Counted from the whole stretch's first letter, positions 1 to 15,800 are shown. The stretch is DNA of 63,914 bases, filler included, from Phoronis australis (GCA_002633005.1; 10 parts of 10 records of this genome joined end to end with filler, not necessarily neighbours in it); one strand, 5' to 3'. Notes: generated by a model not told the origin, from the letters alone. Numbers and translations: made by a program.

Positions 1-827
1 TTTTGGCTGCAGAGCGGTAGTATTTGTCGCCGCGCTTAACAATAACACGAGCCGCCATTGAAAATCACACCACGCTTTACCCAGATGCCCCGGCAATGTT
101 GACAATTTACGTTCCTCCGAAACATAAAGAGCAACTTCCGCTTTCCAAGGTGAACGTCGTCTGCAACGCCGCGGTAAGAAAGGAATTTGCCGCGGAAATT
201 TCATATCAAATCCGATTTTTTTACGCGGAAATATTATAAAAAAAGCGGAAAGCACATTTCAAAAAAGCGGAAATCCGCGTTTCCGCGGAAAATTTCAAGC
301 CCTGTACAGGATAGGTGGCTGTATTCCAGTCTTCACCCAAACCAGTGAAGCGACCGGCACACTTGCGTGACTGGTTCGAAACTTCTGGCATACGGTCCAT
401 TTGCGCTCTTAAGACCTTGCTCTCTAGGAGTTTCACTGTTAATAGCTTCTGTGTCGTAAAAATATTTCTAAATTCCAAGTTGCTGGAAGACTGTCTCGTA
501 TCCCATGTTGATTCCTAGCCTTGTGTGACTCAGCATAACATACCTGTCTCCCTGATTTGTCATCACCATCCATAACATATCCACGCAAGCCTGTATTCAG
601 AATTGACTCAGCTGAAGTCGGATTAACTGCTGAGTTTCCTTAATTAGAAGGACTGCACGGACAATAACTGCCTTGTGCAATGGGTTCACATAGAACTATT
701 CCATGTGCTGAAAGGCAGTTTTTTTGGTGTCAAACTATGTTCTTAACACCCATTCAGCTTACATCCATCATGCACTCCCACAGACAGGTGTGAATGGAGC
801 ATGACAGTAAACACAGTGACAACAGAC

Positions 828-3800
828 CTGTAATACTTTAACACCTGGTCATCTTCTTTACATCCATCCTGCGCCCCCATAGACAGGTCCCGTATGGATC
901 GTGACTGCTGACCACTGTCAAAGAACAACATGATACCATACTCCTCCTCTGTCTCCACTATGGTCTCTACACCTCCTGCCTCCTCCCCGTTCTCAACTTC
1001 TATCTCCATCTCTACCTCGTGTCTCATCAACCTGCACAGGTAATAGAGCCTCAAGTTTGATGAGAAACATTAATGAGACACTGACACTTCAACAGATGAC
1101 AACAATAAGAAGTTGAAAAATCACTAGCTTAGAGGGCACTACATAGGCGGATTTAGGGGGGGCCTGGTCCACCCCCTTGGTGGCTGCCGCAAAAAATAAA
1201 ACAGCAAGAGCATAGGGAAATGTGGAGTTTATTAATTAACCCCAGTAATTAATATTATACGGCTGAAACAAGATTTAAATGTGTGCAGTTTTAGTGTGTT
1301 TGGGGGGGGGGGGTNGTATAGGCTCTCCCAAGATATCCCAGACGACCGCCAGTGGCGCTGTGCACTACGACTCCGTTTCCGTCGTCTGCTTCACTGTGCA
1401 ATGAAGAAAATTACTTCATTTTTAAAGATGGAATCTGAGTGACGATGAAAAAACAGAAGCTGCTGGTAAGATGTGAATTTTAATCGAAGCCTTCGTGAAT
1501 CACCCAGAAACTCATAATTCTCTCTTTGTCAAACCTTAACTTAAGATGATTTCCAGAGCAATCGCATCATAAACACAAAAAACGAATTTGGTCTTTTGGG
1601 CAATTAAAGACTATTTTAACAACAAATTTGTTACGAACTGATTGCAGAAAATATAAAAAGTGTAATAAACATTACAAAAAGAAGTATGTTTAGCGCGCAA
1701 ACGCTGTGGACCATAAACAAGTAAGTCACTTAGAATCAAATTACGAGTGAAATCGTGGTGGTGCACTGGTAAAGCACGCGCGCTCTATCCGCCAGGTTGT
1801 GAGTTCGAGTTTGTGGTTATTGCAGTTTTTCAAGTTTGACATGTTCTGTGTTTTTTTCTTGGATAATACTTCAGGAATAAAAGAAAATGCTCGATTTTTA
1901 GAGGAAAAACCATAAAAATTTTCCTGGCAGGAGGGAGGCAAACCCCCCCTCCCCGACCTCCCCCCACTCGGTGCTATGCGCATCTTTTATCGTGCTTCGT
2001 GCAAATGTTTACAGACAAAATGTTGGGCCCCCCCTTGTGATATCCTAGATCCGCCACTGCACTAGTGAGAAGTTCAACATTCACTAAAGGGCGCAAGAGA
2101 GAAGTTCAATGTTCACTAGAGGCCGCTAGTGAGAAGTTCAAAATGCATTAGAGGGTGTTAGTAAGAAGTTTAAAGTTCAGATGGTGCTGATAATAAGTTC
2201 AAAGTTCACTAGAGAGGGCGAATAACAGGTTCGAAAATCACTAGAGAACACTAGTGAAAGTTCAAAGTTTTCTAGATGGCACTAATCCAACGTTCTCTAT
2301 GTGGCACTAGTAAAACATTAGTAACACAGGACCTCATCCCATGAACATCACCTAACAGGTGAACAGTTTCTTTTCAGACTCTATTCAAATAACAAAGAGT
2401 ACCCTTTATTCATTAGCACAGCCTAGAAACTATTGATAGTATAAACCAAATCCACAACCCAACTTGACATTCTTCTTCAGATCAGCACTAGAAATTAGCT
2501 GCAATAAACACTGCCGAGTTCCATCCAGTACACCAGTACCAAAGTTCCATGGCAGACTATTTAATACTGGACTTCACAAGTTGGAAAGGATGCATGTTTT
2601 TCCTCGTCCCACAGAAACTGGCTTTGTTGGGTTTATATACAGCTGCAGTTACAGATTTAGACTTTTTTAATTCACAAACAGTATCTGTTAGCAGCAGTCA
2701 CTGTCATAGCCAAACAATAGCTTGTACACCATTCTGCAACTGAGACAGCGATGCAATACATGCTCTTACTTGGTATCGATGAGTATATCAGCATTCTTAT
2801 CACTCAACACAGACTTGCATATGAGTTCCTGTGTGACTGGGATGGCCACATTGTTGGATACACAGAGGTCGGCCAGGTAGTCAAGGAACCTACAACACAT
2901 ACAATACTCCTTAAATCTTCACTGCACCCAGATCACGAACTGGTAACTCCACCTATTGTCCAGGTTGGGGACCAAAGTTTTCTTCAACATGCAAACAGCT
3001 AATATGTTATTCTCTGTGAATAAATGCCGTCACCTTCACTAGTTTTTTCTTCACCAAGACACAAAAGCAGATTGGCTTATTCTCATTTCTCACATGACCT
3101 GGAATGTGTTACGACACGACTGGTTAATAACACCGAGCACATATTACATGGGCGAATCACAAAGTAGTGCAAAGTAGAAATCCATACGCCTTACATTTTA
3201 TCGTCTGCAATACACTAAAACAATCAAATACGCGGCAATCAAACAATGCCGGAATTCCGAGGTGACAAGGTTATGATAGTTAAATCGGGTGCCGCAACGG
3301 TATGTATTCCCAGTCGGAAGGGCATGCAAACAACTTCTTAAACGCACCCATCTTCGCCGGCGAATTCCATATCCACGCTCATTCAAACGGAGACAAGCCC
3401 CAACTCAAGAAGCGCGATGAGACTGTCTCAAGGTTAATTCAGTGCTCATGCACGGGGAAGCCTAGCTGACTTTTAATATTACAACTTCAAACACTATTTA
3501 TTAGATTCTAACTTGGATATTTGCTACGAAAGCTGAATGCAATGTACAAATTGCTAAGTTTACTTTAAAATAAAGCTATTAACAAAAAGAAACTGAATTA
3601 CTTTACATTGCGCAAACGTGTTTTTACAAAACTTGCATCATGTGGTTGAAATTTTTCTACATGTCGAGTTTTTCGGCAAAAAAAGGTCGCTTTTATGTTT
3701 CATAAGAAAAGACAAATTCTACATTCGTTTCAGGTTTATTACATTGGCAAAATCTCTAGGGAGATTTCGTCAAAAACCCCTGGCAAGCCTAGGAATTCGA

Positions 3801-6800
3801 CAAAATTTCCAAGAGGTTTTGCCGATGTCATAAACCCGAGACACGTGTAAGATTCTTTATTTATTATCTCTACATTATTCCTTACTATGGCCACATGTTA
3901 TAACGAGTCAACCAGAGACAAACATGTGCCTTGTACTAACATTTCAACAATGACTCTCACCTACACTCCTTACTCTTCCGGACGAGGTTGACGAAGGTCT
4001 CAATCTCCGAGGCAGTGATGTGTTTCTCGAGCAGTTTCCGGTTATTGTGTAAGAGGGCAGTAATCGTGTCCTCTGCCAAGACACCATAGCCAATCTGTTT
4101 TTGCATGAAGGCGAACTGCTTGGCAATGTATTCCTGTCAATACACAACTCTGTTCAGTCCCGTTCACACACACATATCTGATAACTAGGGTAATGCAGAC
4201 TAGTTATCACTCTGTGCATGACACGGAAGCCTAATGCCAGTGTGGGTTATCACTCTGTGCATGACACGGAAGCCTAATGCCAGTGTGGGTTATCACTCTG
4301 TGCATGACATGGAAGCCTAATGCCAGTGTGGGTTATCACTCTGTGCATGACATGGAAGCCTAATGCCAGTGTGCTACGCATGTAACCGCAGCTGATAATT
4401 ACTCCACTTTTGCAGCAACACAGCGATTACAAGAGGCGCAAGTTACCCTAGAACAAGTAACCCCACCTCCATAAGGTGGAGTAAGTTGTCACAACTGGGT
4501 TAAGTTGCGCTAGTTCAAATACTGTCCAGACAACACTCAAACATAGTGAAAATTCTTTCCAGGAGTAATTTCTTCTAGGGCAAGTCTGTGAGTGGACGAC
4601 ACTCTATTCAGTGCACATCGCTCCAAGTAATCCTAAAATCATTTAACAACTACAGTACATGCTGAATAAATCATACAAAATTACCCACAATTCCCTACAA
4701 TAATGATGGAGTACAAGTGAAATTCACCCACACCACAGATGCAATAACGAATCGTGATGTGTCGCGATGGGCAAACAGAATTTTTTCTAGTCAATTTTTA
4801 CATAAGATTACTGGCCAGCAAAATTTCCCAAACTCATACTAAATCAAGTCAACTTTCAATATGTGATGAAAGAATCGAAACATTTTGACTTCTAAGTGGA
4901 TTGCCCAACTCAACTTCAGTTAGATGGCTTTCTTGTGACGTAGCAAAATTTCAACCCCAAAGATGATTTTCCGTTCACACAATGAATCTTGGACCCTAAA
5001 CCGCCAAGTTTAGACAAATTAGAATAAGTCCTTAATGTATTTACCAAAAATAGGTAGGTGACCTAATGTCTAGTAGAACAACAAAGATGCTCAGGCCATA
5101 AGACCAGGATTATTGCCCCTCCACACATGATTATGATTCATCGGACTCCTCACAATGAGGCTCACCATGAGGGTTCCCAAGAGCAATGTCATCCCAGTTG
5201 CCCATTTTACTCAGAAAGTTGGAAATGTTATTAATTCGAACAACTGCAACGAGGCCAGTTATATGGCTATGAGGCAAGTCTCTCTACACGTTGAGGAGTC
5301 CCAGATTCCTTGCCATATTTGGGGCAGTATGGGCGAGACATGTGACCTGTACTGCTTCTGTTTGCAGTTCGCACCTGATTTTTCCTGTAGTTTTGTTGAG
5401 ATAATTTGAGGATTCTGTAACACAGCCTGCAGATGTGTCGAAATGCCGCATGTCGCTTCTCATTCAAGTCTTCCATTTTTAACAGAGGTCCATCACCACT
5501 GTCCGAGAAGGGAGCTTGGAGAATTTTGAAGATCTGCAACAACGAGGAAATAATCATAATTTATGAAAATTCAGTATAAATTATGCGACTGTACATAGGT
5601 GGCAATAGACAACAGATCACAATTCCTTTATCTTATATGTATACATGGGAAAATCTCTAAATCAAACCACACAGATTCAATAAATTCTATATAAATTCCA
5701 TGCTTGCTACATTTTATAGACGTTAATTCCTCCAAATTATCATGTTCATTATGTCAAATATCAGATCTCATTTGTCATATCGTGTTTGATTTTACTGTAT
5801 TTCTATTTCTGTCGACAAAGGATTATATTATATCCGAAAATTTCAGTGATCCATTTTTGTTGTTTTATTTATGTATATTTATTCTATTTTTCGACACACA
5901 AGTGTATCCTTTAGAGGATCTGGATCGCCTCTTTTAGTGTCAGATTTATGTTCTATGTTATTAATCCAAAAGAGAAATGTTATGATATAAACATGACAGA
6001 AAAACAGGATCTAGAATAAATAAATCGATTTTAATGTTCAGTTGTTGGGAAAGCAATATTTTAAACAGATCTATGGGTTTCAAAGACATTAACGTTCATT
6101 ATATTACTTATTCAATACGGCTGGTTAGACAGGGGACACAGTACCGAAACACCTCGACAAAACACTTTTCTTAGTAAACAACTCACTTGCAGATTCAAAT
6201 GAAGTTAGCAGCCTCAACTCAAAAATTGAAGTTGAGTTATCGTAATTTGAAACTTTTTATAAAATTATGATGTTATATCACATGCTTTAGCTAAGGCCGT
6301 TTCTTTCAGTATCTTCGCACAAACGCACGAATGAGTTACCATGGTTACCATTTCATTACAAAAACTGTAAGAAACTACAACAAACATCTGCACAGTTTTC
6401 TGCGATTTCCTTTCATCATGTCTTGAAACTGAGGCAATTAAGTGCGAAAAACTAAAAAATAAGCGCCAGACATTTGGCATGTTTGTTTTCAGAAGCTTGC
6501 CAGAAATTCCAGATTTGGGAGTATTAGCGTAACAGTTTTGCTGCAAGTCAAATCTGATTACTCCTAGTTATTACATTCATCATAAATCAATCCACTTACT
6601 TTTGAATAACCACCTGTACAGTACAATGTTATCTACAAGACCAGCAATGAATGTCTCATCATTTACGGTAAAAATTCTGCAGTTTTGAACAGTCTTTAAA
6701 ATTTGTGACACCAAAATTCAAAACCAAATTTGAATTTCCTTGATTCTAAAGATTGGGACGTGGGCGATGTTGTTCATATTTCTCAAATATCAAACATAGT

Positions 6801-9800
6801 GGTTTTAATTAACGGAATCTGAAAATAGACTTGGGACAGTTCATAACATTGTAGAAAATAACAAGCGACGCAACGTGTTCACGCACCCCCATAGTGTGTA
6901 ATATCGTGATTCTTGAATTTGAGACAGCCAGCATTGCCTAATGCTAAAATTTGGTACAAGCTCCAACCTTGACCAAAATAATTAATTTCCATTGTCCCAA
7001 ATGGGAGACATATTACTGAAAAAACGTACATCAGAAGATGGCGGATGAAACAGCCGTTTTCAGACATAGCGTTGACATGATGAAATATGCCTGATCACTA
7101 GACGGCTAGTGTAGCTGGTGCAGAGAACTCTGTATTCTTGTACGGAAATAATGCAGTGAAGATATTTCCAAAGTTTTTATATACAGCTTTTTGTGACCAT
7201 CAATTTATACGTTGGGATATTCAAAAACTGTCTACTGTCTCAAAATGTCCATAAATGAATGAAATTGCATTTCATGCATGTCCAGCTCCCAATCAAAACA
7301 CTGAAGAGTTGTACGAAGAATGTTTCCTATTCCCTGAGAGTTACAGTTCCGACTCATACTCAAACAAAGTTCCGAAAATGTTATATTTTAAAATGTAAAA
7401 TTAAACTGGATGAAAAGATGAATATTTAACAATTTCCCCTAATTTTTAGTGTCTCAATTTAAAGGCCCTGGATATTTACCCAGGTTGCTATGGCAATTTG
7501 GCATACTTCACCAAGGGAGCTGGTGTTATCTATCAAATGCATTCTGGGATTTTTGTCAACTAAGAGACATCCGCTGACATCGCAGAAAACTTGGTGAAGT
7601 GCAAACAATACGGGGGAAAATAAAATTGTCACTTGAGCACATTAGAATTGTAACATGCTTTTGATGTGACTATCAAATTACAGAAATAAGACTAAAAGCT
7701 GGCCTCATCATGTATCAGCTAAAATTTGGGCAAATAAGCAATTTTTTGCATGAAAGCTTCTCGAGGAATGAGCCAGTTGATCACGCAAGCTCACCACCAA
7801 AACGCAAACTGTAAAACACTATGCATGTCCACAAGATATCTGCGATGTCACCAGATGTTTATGAGCTGACAAACAACTCATAACGGATTCAAAAAGAACA
7901 ACGGTAGTGTCGTAGATGAAGTCTTTCAAATAGTAATGTACCTGTTTGAGTATGTTCTGTTCTCGCACTAACTTCTGACGCTCTCTGTCTGGATTGTTTA
8001 TCTCCACCTCCAAGGGGTCGCCACCGTTGTGGTCCACCATAGCCAAGAAATAAGTGACGTCAGATAACAACTGTGTCACGAACCTGAAAATGATAGGAAA
8101 TAGTGACCAACGACTCTGAATACCCAGCAGTGGTAGGCGTCAAGAAACTTTTAAAATCGGAAAGAATGAAATGTACAGAGTGCGGCTGATAATTCAGCGG
8201 ACTGAAAGTGAAAAAGAAACGAAACATACTGCAATCATGTGTTTTCTAAAATTTTATGCACGCACAAAATCTCACAAATGTTTAGGAATGACAACAGAGC
8301 TGATGAAGTTACATACCTTTAATAACAAATTAGCAATCACTAGACAACCATTATGAATGTTGCATTATGGATGGATGTTATGAAACAAAAACACCTTAAT
8401 CCTCACACTTCCTGTTGTCAAAGCTAATCTATCTCATCCGTAAATGAAAGTGAGGCACACAACACAATGTGCACTCCATGCCATTACCTGCGTTCATTCT
8501 GTGTGATTGAACTGGTCTCCAGTTTAGTAGCAATGGCCGCCAGAACCTTGCTGGCGTCATTGGCAAAGTCCAGATCTCTCACCTCCTGGGCAGACACTGG
8601 TACTATGGCGAAGGCTTCCTTGTCTTCCTTGATGGAGGCACAGCCAACCTAGCAATAAGACATGTAGGATTTGACGTGACAGTGGTAACAAGATGTGATA
8701 TGAATGTGAGATAGGTATGCAGGATAGTTAAACAACTTGCAATAGTTTAATGAAAACAAAAAGGAGTTTTTGACGGTTAATCCTAGGGCCAAATCCAAAG
8801 CAACATGAAAGTTGACATTTTGTATCAAGTTCTTAATGTGAAAGTCATTAACTGACCTCAGCAGAAATTTAAAAACCTTTAAGATGATGAAACCTAACAA
8901 CCACTTGCGTAACAGATCGTGCATTTTAGGAAATTTCCCAATGTTTGCTTCACGGAACACGACACGGTTAGCATATGCAAAAACAGCAGCAGAGCTGTTG
9001 CTTTGAATATGTGGCAGTTTGCTGTGCTTGAGTATACTCGTGTTTGTTCAATTAGTTTAGTGTTTGACACTGTTGAGTGAACATTGCTTTATTGTCCTGA
9101 TAATGCTTTAGTGATTAAAGCGAAACATTGAGCATGAATATCTAATATCTACATAGTAGTGCTAATTTTTAAATTTCTTTCTATTTCATGACCTCTTCAC
9201 ATGGACAGCGCACCATAGGGGGCTGGGGGGGGGGGCTACAGCCCCCACTTTTTTCAGTGCTACGCCACACATGGTCTATAGGCGTTGCACCACAGGGGGC
9301 TGAGGGGGCTTTAGCACCCCACTTTTTTCAGTGCTGCGCCGCCCATGGTTCAGGGTTGTTCTTAGCAATGACAACAAACAAGTCCTACATTGGTGAGGAA
9401 TATTAATATGAAATTGGTTTAATAAGAATGAAAGGTCCAAATGCGATTTTCATTCTTCAGCCAACTAAACAAGTAATACTGCAATGCTGACTGCTTCATT
9501 TCAATTGTGGCTGACCTCTGAACTTCAACTGAAAGTTGAAACCGATGCTACTATGGACAGAAAATTGTATTTCATTTAGTTGACTGATTTGATGACCACC
9601 CCTAGATCACTGCTTACTTTACACATGATGGGCTTGTCTTCATCCTTGTCTATAGGTATGGAGGTGCTGTGCACCCAGGTGTGAGTACACAGGTGACGCA
9701 GGCGTACAAAGGAAGACCTGCAAAAAGAGGAAATACACAGGTCAGAGGTCACCCAACAAAACTGACCACATTTGGCTAACTAGATGGTTTATCAGATTAA

Positions 9801-12800
9801 GATGGAACTTTCAGATACTGTGGTTTGTTTATTCACTGTTCTCCAAAACACGGTTAGGAATTGCTTTTAAAGTTTTAAAGTTACATTTATGCATTAGGGA
9901 CTAATAGTTTAGGTTTTTATACAAATATTCATAGGTTGTAAAAAACAAAAACATTTTTGAGAGTTTGCTATCTTAAGAATACTGAATCAAAACACATTTT
10001 TGTAATTATATCAGACGTGTGTACCACCCAAACTGCATTGGAGTACTCTGAACGCCAGATTTGCAGATTTTCCAGTAAATTCGCAGATTCCCACACACAG
10101 ACCAAATTTACCTTTCAATATCTGATCGACTAAAAAAAAAGAAAAGAAGGGAGGGGGCTTTGCTTAGGGTTCAGAGCTTTCGCGCGGAATTCTTGCCTCT
10201 ATAGAGGACTTTTGTCTTTTTTCCTCGGACTTTCGGTTTTGAGACTCACTCAACCACCTCCTGGGTACGCGTATAGGTACTTTTCCTACTTACTTGCCTC
10301 TCAGTTTCTAAAGCACACATAGTGAATTGATCACCAAATTTCAGAATAATTTAAGTTGTTTAGTTGAGGGACAACGCGCATAGTGAAAAGATCCTGTTAA
10401 TCAAATGTCCTTACTGAACTTAGTTATGTTAATACATGCCTAATGTACATCTCATTTCATAACACAAAAACACATCTGCAAAAATGTGTTGATGAATCTG
10501 CACTGGACAATGTTTAGCATCAACATTTTCTTAACCATTCACAAAAGTTTTGAATAATTATTCATTGTCAGTGTCTGTGATCACGTACAGCAGTACTGCA
10601 TGCGAAAAGACCTCGAGTCGAAGCTTGAGTCGAGGCTTGGCTCCTTGAGGCTCGACTGTGGCTCGAGTATTATCGTCAGCTCAACACGCTATGAAGTCAG
10701 TGCAGTCACCATGTCCGCAAAAAATACGCTATACAACTTGCAGCATAAATTCCACGGTCCCTTGAATAAGACATTGTCATTCTTTGGAATAACGTCGCAA
10801 AAACAGATGTTCCCTTCTTTCAGAAGCTACTTTCTTCACAGCTCAAAATATGCGACCACACGTGCCTTGCCATTTTGTCAACAGTACGTATTTAGCCGTA
10901 AATAGACAGAATTAGACGAAGTAAGCAATCCACAAATCACAGAAGTCGTTGCTTATAGGTTAGGCCTGTGAAACACATGCCGATAGAAGAGGCCTCGCGA
11001 TTCGCCGATTAACAGGCTATTTCGAGAATAAAACGAAGGAAGTTTTCCGAGTTTCTAGCTCAACTTTTTGGCTAAAATAATGATTTTACAATTTGTTTTT
11101 TTTCATTTCTAACTTTAAAACCTCCTTCCTTGTCTGTTTAGACTACAAATCTGCGTGAAGCAAGCAACTTGATAATCTCTTTTGAATTTGCTGAATTTGC
11201 GTATTTTTGCCTGGCCGTGCGTACTTGCGTACTGGAGGCTTGATACAAATCCGCATTTTTTGCATATGGTACACAGGTCTGTTATAACGATTATTTCTCT
11301 ATGAATGTTCCATTTTAGTTAATTTTAATGAGATGACGTTGTTACATGACCCAAGTAATAAGTTCACATTGGTATAACGAAGTAACTTGCTGTAAAACAA
11401 ATCATATTGCGACATATTGCAACAATATGAAAAAATTTGGACAGCTTCATAAGACCATGGCTCTACCTGGGGACAAATGAGTCTCCTCTCGTTAGTGTTG
11501 TGGGGTCCAGCTCCATGATCGAGGCGATGTCATGGCCGTGAGGGACAGAGACCAGAGTATAGACAGGGGTGTTGACCTGGCCCCGCAGCTTCTGTCTCAT
11601 GGCGTCGGCTGTAGGGTCATTGTCCACTTCAGCTGCCAGATACTGACCAGTGGCCAAGTGACGGAACCGAAACAAGCTGTTCCAATGGCCGGCGCCACCC
11701 CGGCACGGATCGTGCTGAACTACCTAGAAAAAAGGAAATGCACAGACTGAGGTGACATCACAACGTCAAAAAAGCTGTTGTGGAGACCGGTACCACCCCT
11801 GCACGGGTCATACTGAATTACTTGCGAAGAGTGAGGTTAAACGTCAAAGCAGGCTATTGCAATGAATGGCACCACCTCTGCATGGATCATGCTGGATCAC
11901 CAACAAAGACAAATGCAAAGACGGAGGTTTAAAGGTCACATCCAAGCCAGACTCTACACTAGGCAATGTAAGGGTCCATAAGGACCAGAAGCTCCTAACA
12001 ATTATAGGAGATGAACTGCAATCTGCAGTGGAACAGGCCTTCAAGTCAAATCTGGCTTAGGGACCTTCCACATGCAAGGCTTCTTAGTTGTAGCTAAGTC
12101 ACATTGCTGGACAAAATCACTAAAAATTAAATAAATGGATGTTCAAATTACGGCTAGTTTATTGTGACCACTCCAGTCTTCTTAATTGTCAAATCATAAA
12201 CTTGTATTATTTACTAATTAGTCTCATGTCAATAAATTTATTTGAGCCTTAAATTTGAATTTGCTGCAATTCATGAAAGAGGGTCAAATGGCAACAAAAG
12301 GTACTGTATCGAACCTCAACTTCCCACAATGCTTTGGAACTTGTAGCAGCTGTGGCTGTTGTTCTTCCAGTCGTACGCAAGAAGACGTATTGCTTCTTCT
12401 TGTATTCATCGCCAGTCAGAAACTTCTCTTGTTCTGCGTGGAACAGTCGCACAACGTCACCCTGAAACATCAATACAGACTGAATGAAAGAGGCTATTGC
12501 ACATTTATTGGATTAAACTGAACTGGGTATGGTTTTCACCAAATATGGAAGTTCACTAATTTGTCAAACCAAATATTGCACATTTATTCAATTAAACATT
12601 TGTCACATGCTGAAGTGCGCGTGGTTTTCACCAAATATGGAAGTTCATTGTAAACCAGACATCTGTCAATCAACTAACTTTTGATTTTGACCAGCTACTG
12701 TATGAAACTCTTTTCAACACGTATCTTACAGAAACTAGAAATGATTTTTGACCTTTGGAAGAACTTATGGTTTGGTTTGGTTTCTGCCAACCGCATATCA

Positions 12801-15800
12801 ATTTAACTAATTCGTAAATTATCTATTCTTCCATGACAAAAATCCCTTTCCCTCAATGCTTTGCTAGCCCCACCCCTTTCACGCCCACCCATTACAATAA
12901 CGCCCTTGCCACACCCTTACCCTCCTCAGCAGTTACTTTCAGTTCTCCTTACATACCAAGAACATTGTCATCCACCAGCTAGTGTGCAGTTTACTTCCTT
13001 ACACCCCTCCCCCCTCCATTCCCCCTCAGTAATAAACCAATCCCAACTTAATGCCACTTTCACACTTCCTTTCTTTTACGCGTGACATACACTGTGATCT
13101 AGCTAGTATTACAATTCACTCACTTGACCCTACAGTAGCCTCCCTCTCCCCCCCCCCNNNNNNNNNNNNNNNNNNNNNNNNNNNNNNNNNNNNNNNNNNN
13201 NNNNNNNNNNNNNNNNNNNNNNNNNNNNNNNNNNNNNNNNNNNNNNNNNNNNNNNNNNNNNNNNNNNNNNNNNNNNNNNNNNNNNNNNNNNNNNNNNNNN
13301 NNNNNNNNNNNNNNNNNNNNNNNNNNNNNNNNNNNNNNNNNNNNNNNNNNNNNNNNNNNNNNNNNNNNNNNNNNNNNNNNNNNNNNNNNNNNNNNNNNNN
13401 NNNNNNNNNNNNNNNNNCCCCCCCCATCCCACTCAGTTGACCACAGTAATCCCCTCCTCCTCTCCCATCCCACTCAATGTAACAGAGTCCAGTCCTAACC
13501 TTACCCCCTTCAACACCTCCTCCCTGTTCTCCTTATACACCATAAACAGTGTAATCTTCCAGCTGGTATTACAATTGACAGAGTTGACCTCCTTACAGCC
13601 AGGGTTGTCGATCAGGTCATAATTACTGGCGTGTAGAGGTTGACCAGCGTTGACTGGCATTAGTATCACCTTGTCACCAACGACCACCTTTAGGTAAAAT
13701 AATGGGGTGGTATCAAGATAACATCTGAATAATTATGGAAACAGAAAAGCTAGTTGTGATAACGGATGCTGTTCACATCTGAAATTGGAAGCAGCAGCAG
13801 CAACAATTGACCTATCGCCAGAATTTTGAGCGACGGCTTAACTGACTAATCAGAATGTGGCATTCTGGACACACCTTCGTTTCCAAGCCGCCATTTTACC
13901 CAACAAAACTTATCCGGTAAAAATTATTGTTCGTTTGTCGGCTTTTTGCAAGGGGACGGAGCTTGCGATAGGTCAATCAGAATAACAACCCAACAATCCA
14001 CCTATTTCCACCATAGCATAGATCAATACTTAAAATTTTGATAGCAATGTATATAATTATGTAGACACTGTGCATGCTTAAAATTTGAATTTGAAAACAA
14101 TTAGCTTAAGAGCACAAACCACATCCATCAGGTTAAACTATTAGCAAAGAGCTTCTAATTGTACCAAGCAAGAAACAAATAACAATGATGGCTTAGAGTT
14201 GACTTGTTGAACCACAGCAATTTAACTAAGTGAGAGTTGAGCAATGCAAAAAAATCCTTTCATCATATCACCTATTATGTGAACATTTGAGCAGTCATGA
14301 ATCTACTCCTGGGGGCATCAGGTCCGCACTTCAATTAGCGGTATTAAATCTAATGGACTCATCACCTTCCAGTCTAAAATGCACTTAAAACACACATCCC
14401 CAGACACAAAATCAAAACAACGCTTACAATGCTGGGCTATTGAGAATGTTTACAATAACTCTGGCTAGTCTAAAACAGGTTATATATAGTCTGTTTGTGT
14501 GTGTAGTGAATTGAAGTGGGCTAGATTACATTCTCAGACTAATGAGTCAGGGTTTTTGTCAAGCAGTTGATTAGGATGTCAGACAATTAGCAGGTTGGCT
14601 TGCAGGTGCAGGATTTAGACAACAATGAATTATTTCATTTGAACAGTCAATCATCTTAAATTCTACAATTAAAAGGAGCTGGGTCATTTTCCCCTTCTTT
14701 CCGAAAGAATGAATAGTGACGGAAGATTTAGAAAAATGCAAATGTGTGAAGCTTAACTTATTGGTTACCAAACTGACAAGTAAAGTTGAATATTGATGGT
14801 TATTGTACTTAAACCCAGTGCACCTCACTTCAAAATTGTGTGGCCATTCTCACCACTAGCGTGTAACAGTAATATCATAAAAATTCTCCATTTTGGGACA
14901 CTCTAAAAAATTTGAAATTCAAGTCAAAAACTGGAATTTTCTTGATACTAAAGATTGGAACATGGATAATTTTGGCATTCATCGTATTTCACGAACACTA
15001 GACGCTGCATTTTGTATCAACAAAATCTGAGATAAAATCATTGAAAATAACTGCTGCCAACACAAAATTTATCTTTCCTGCGATTCTGGAATTTGTGATG
15101 GCCAATATTGCCCGTTTCTATATTTTGGTACAAGTTCTGACCTCGACCCAAATAAGTAATTCTTCGCCATTGCAAACTGGAGAATTTTTACTGTAATTCA
15201 GAAATATCAACGACGATGAGCATTCTTCCAACAGGGAACTAAGTCTAATATGAGAAATTCATCAATCTTTACCAAATTTACTGAAGAATTGACAGTTTCA
15301 TCGCCCACTGTTTATTTTTAATGTTCTGGACACCTGGTGGCACACATCAATCAATGATTTGACAATTTTCAGAGATTAACAAAAAAAATTCAATATTGAT
15401 TTTCTGCACCGAAACTTTTCCTTGATACATGAATCCTTCCAAAGTAGTATGGTAACGCACCACTAAAACGTAATTAACAATGAAATTAACCAAAAAAAGA
15501 TTAAACGACGACTTAGTTCTTCGCACATGAACTAATTACGGAAGCTTCCAAAATCATCATTATTGTCCTTAAAGACGACTGACTTACATTGTCACCAGCA
15601 GACCTCAGTTTGTAAAAGGCGACTATATAAAGCCATGAGCCCTCATTTCCAGAAGCATCCAGGGTGACCCTCATGGCATTCTTCTCTAGTAGAGCAGGCA
15701 AACGTTTGTTTACCGTTAGATATTTGTTGCTCTTCAGGTGAAGTAGCTGAAACAAACAATTAGCAGTTAAAGGGACATTTCGTGCTAAGTTGGGGCTTCA

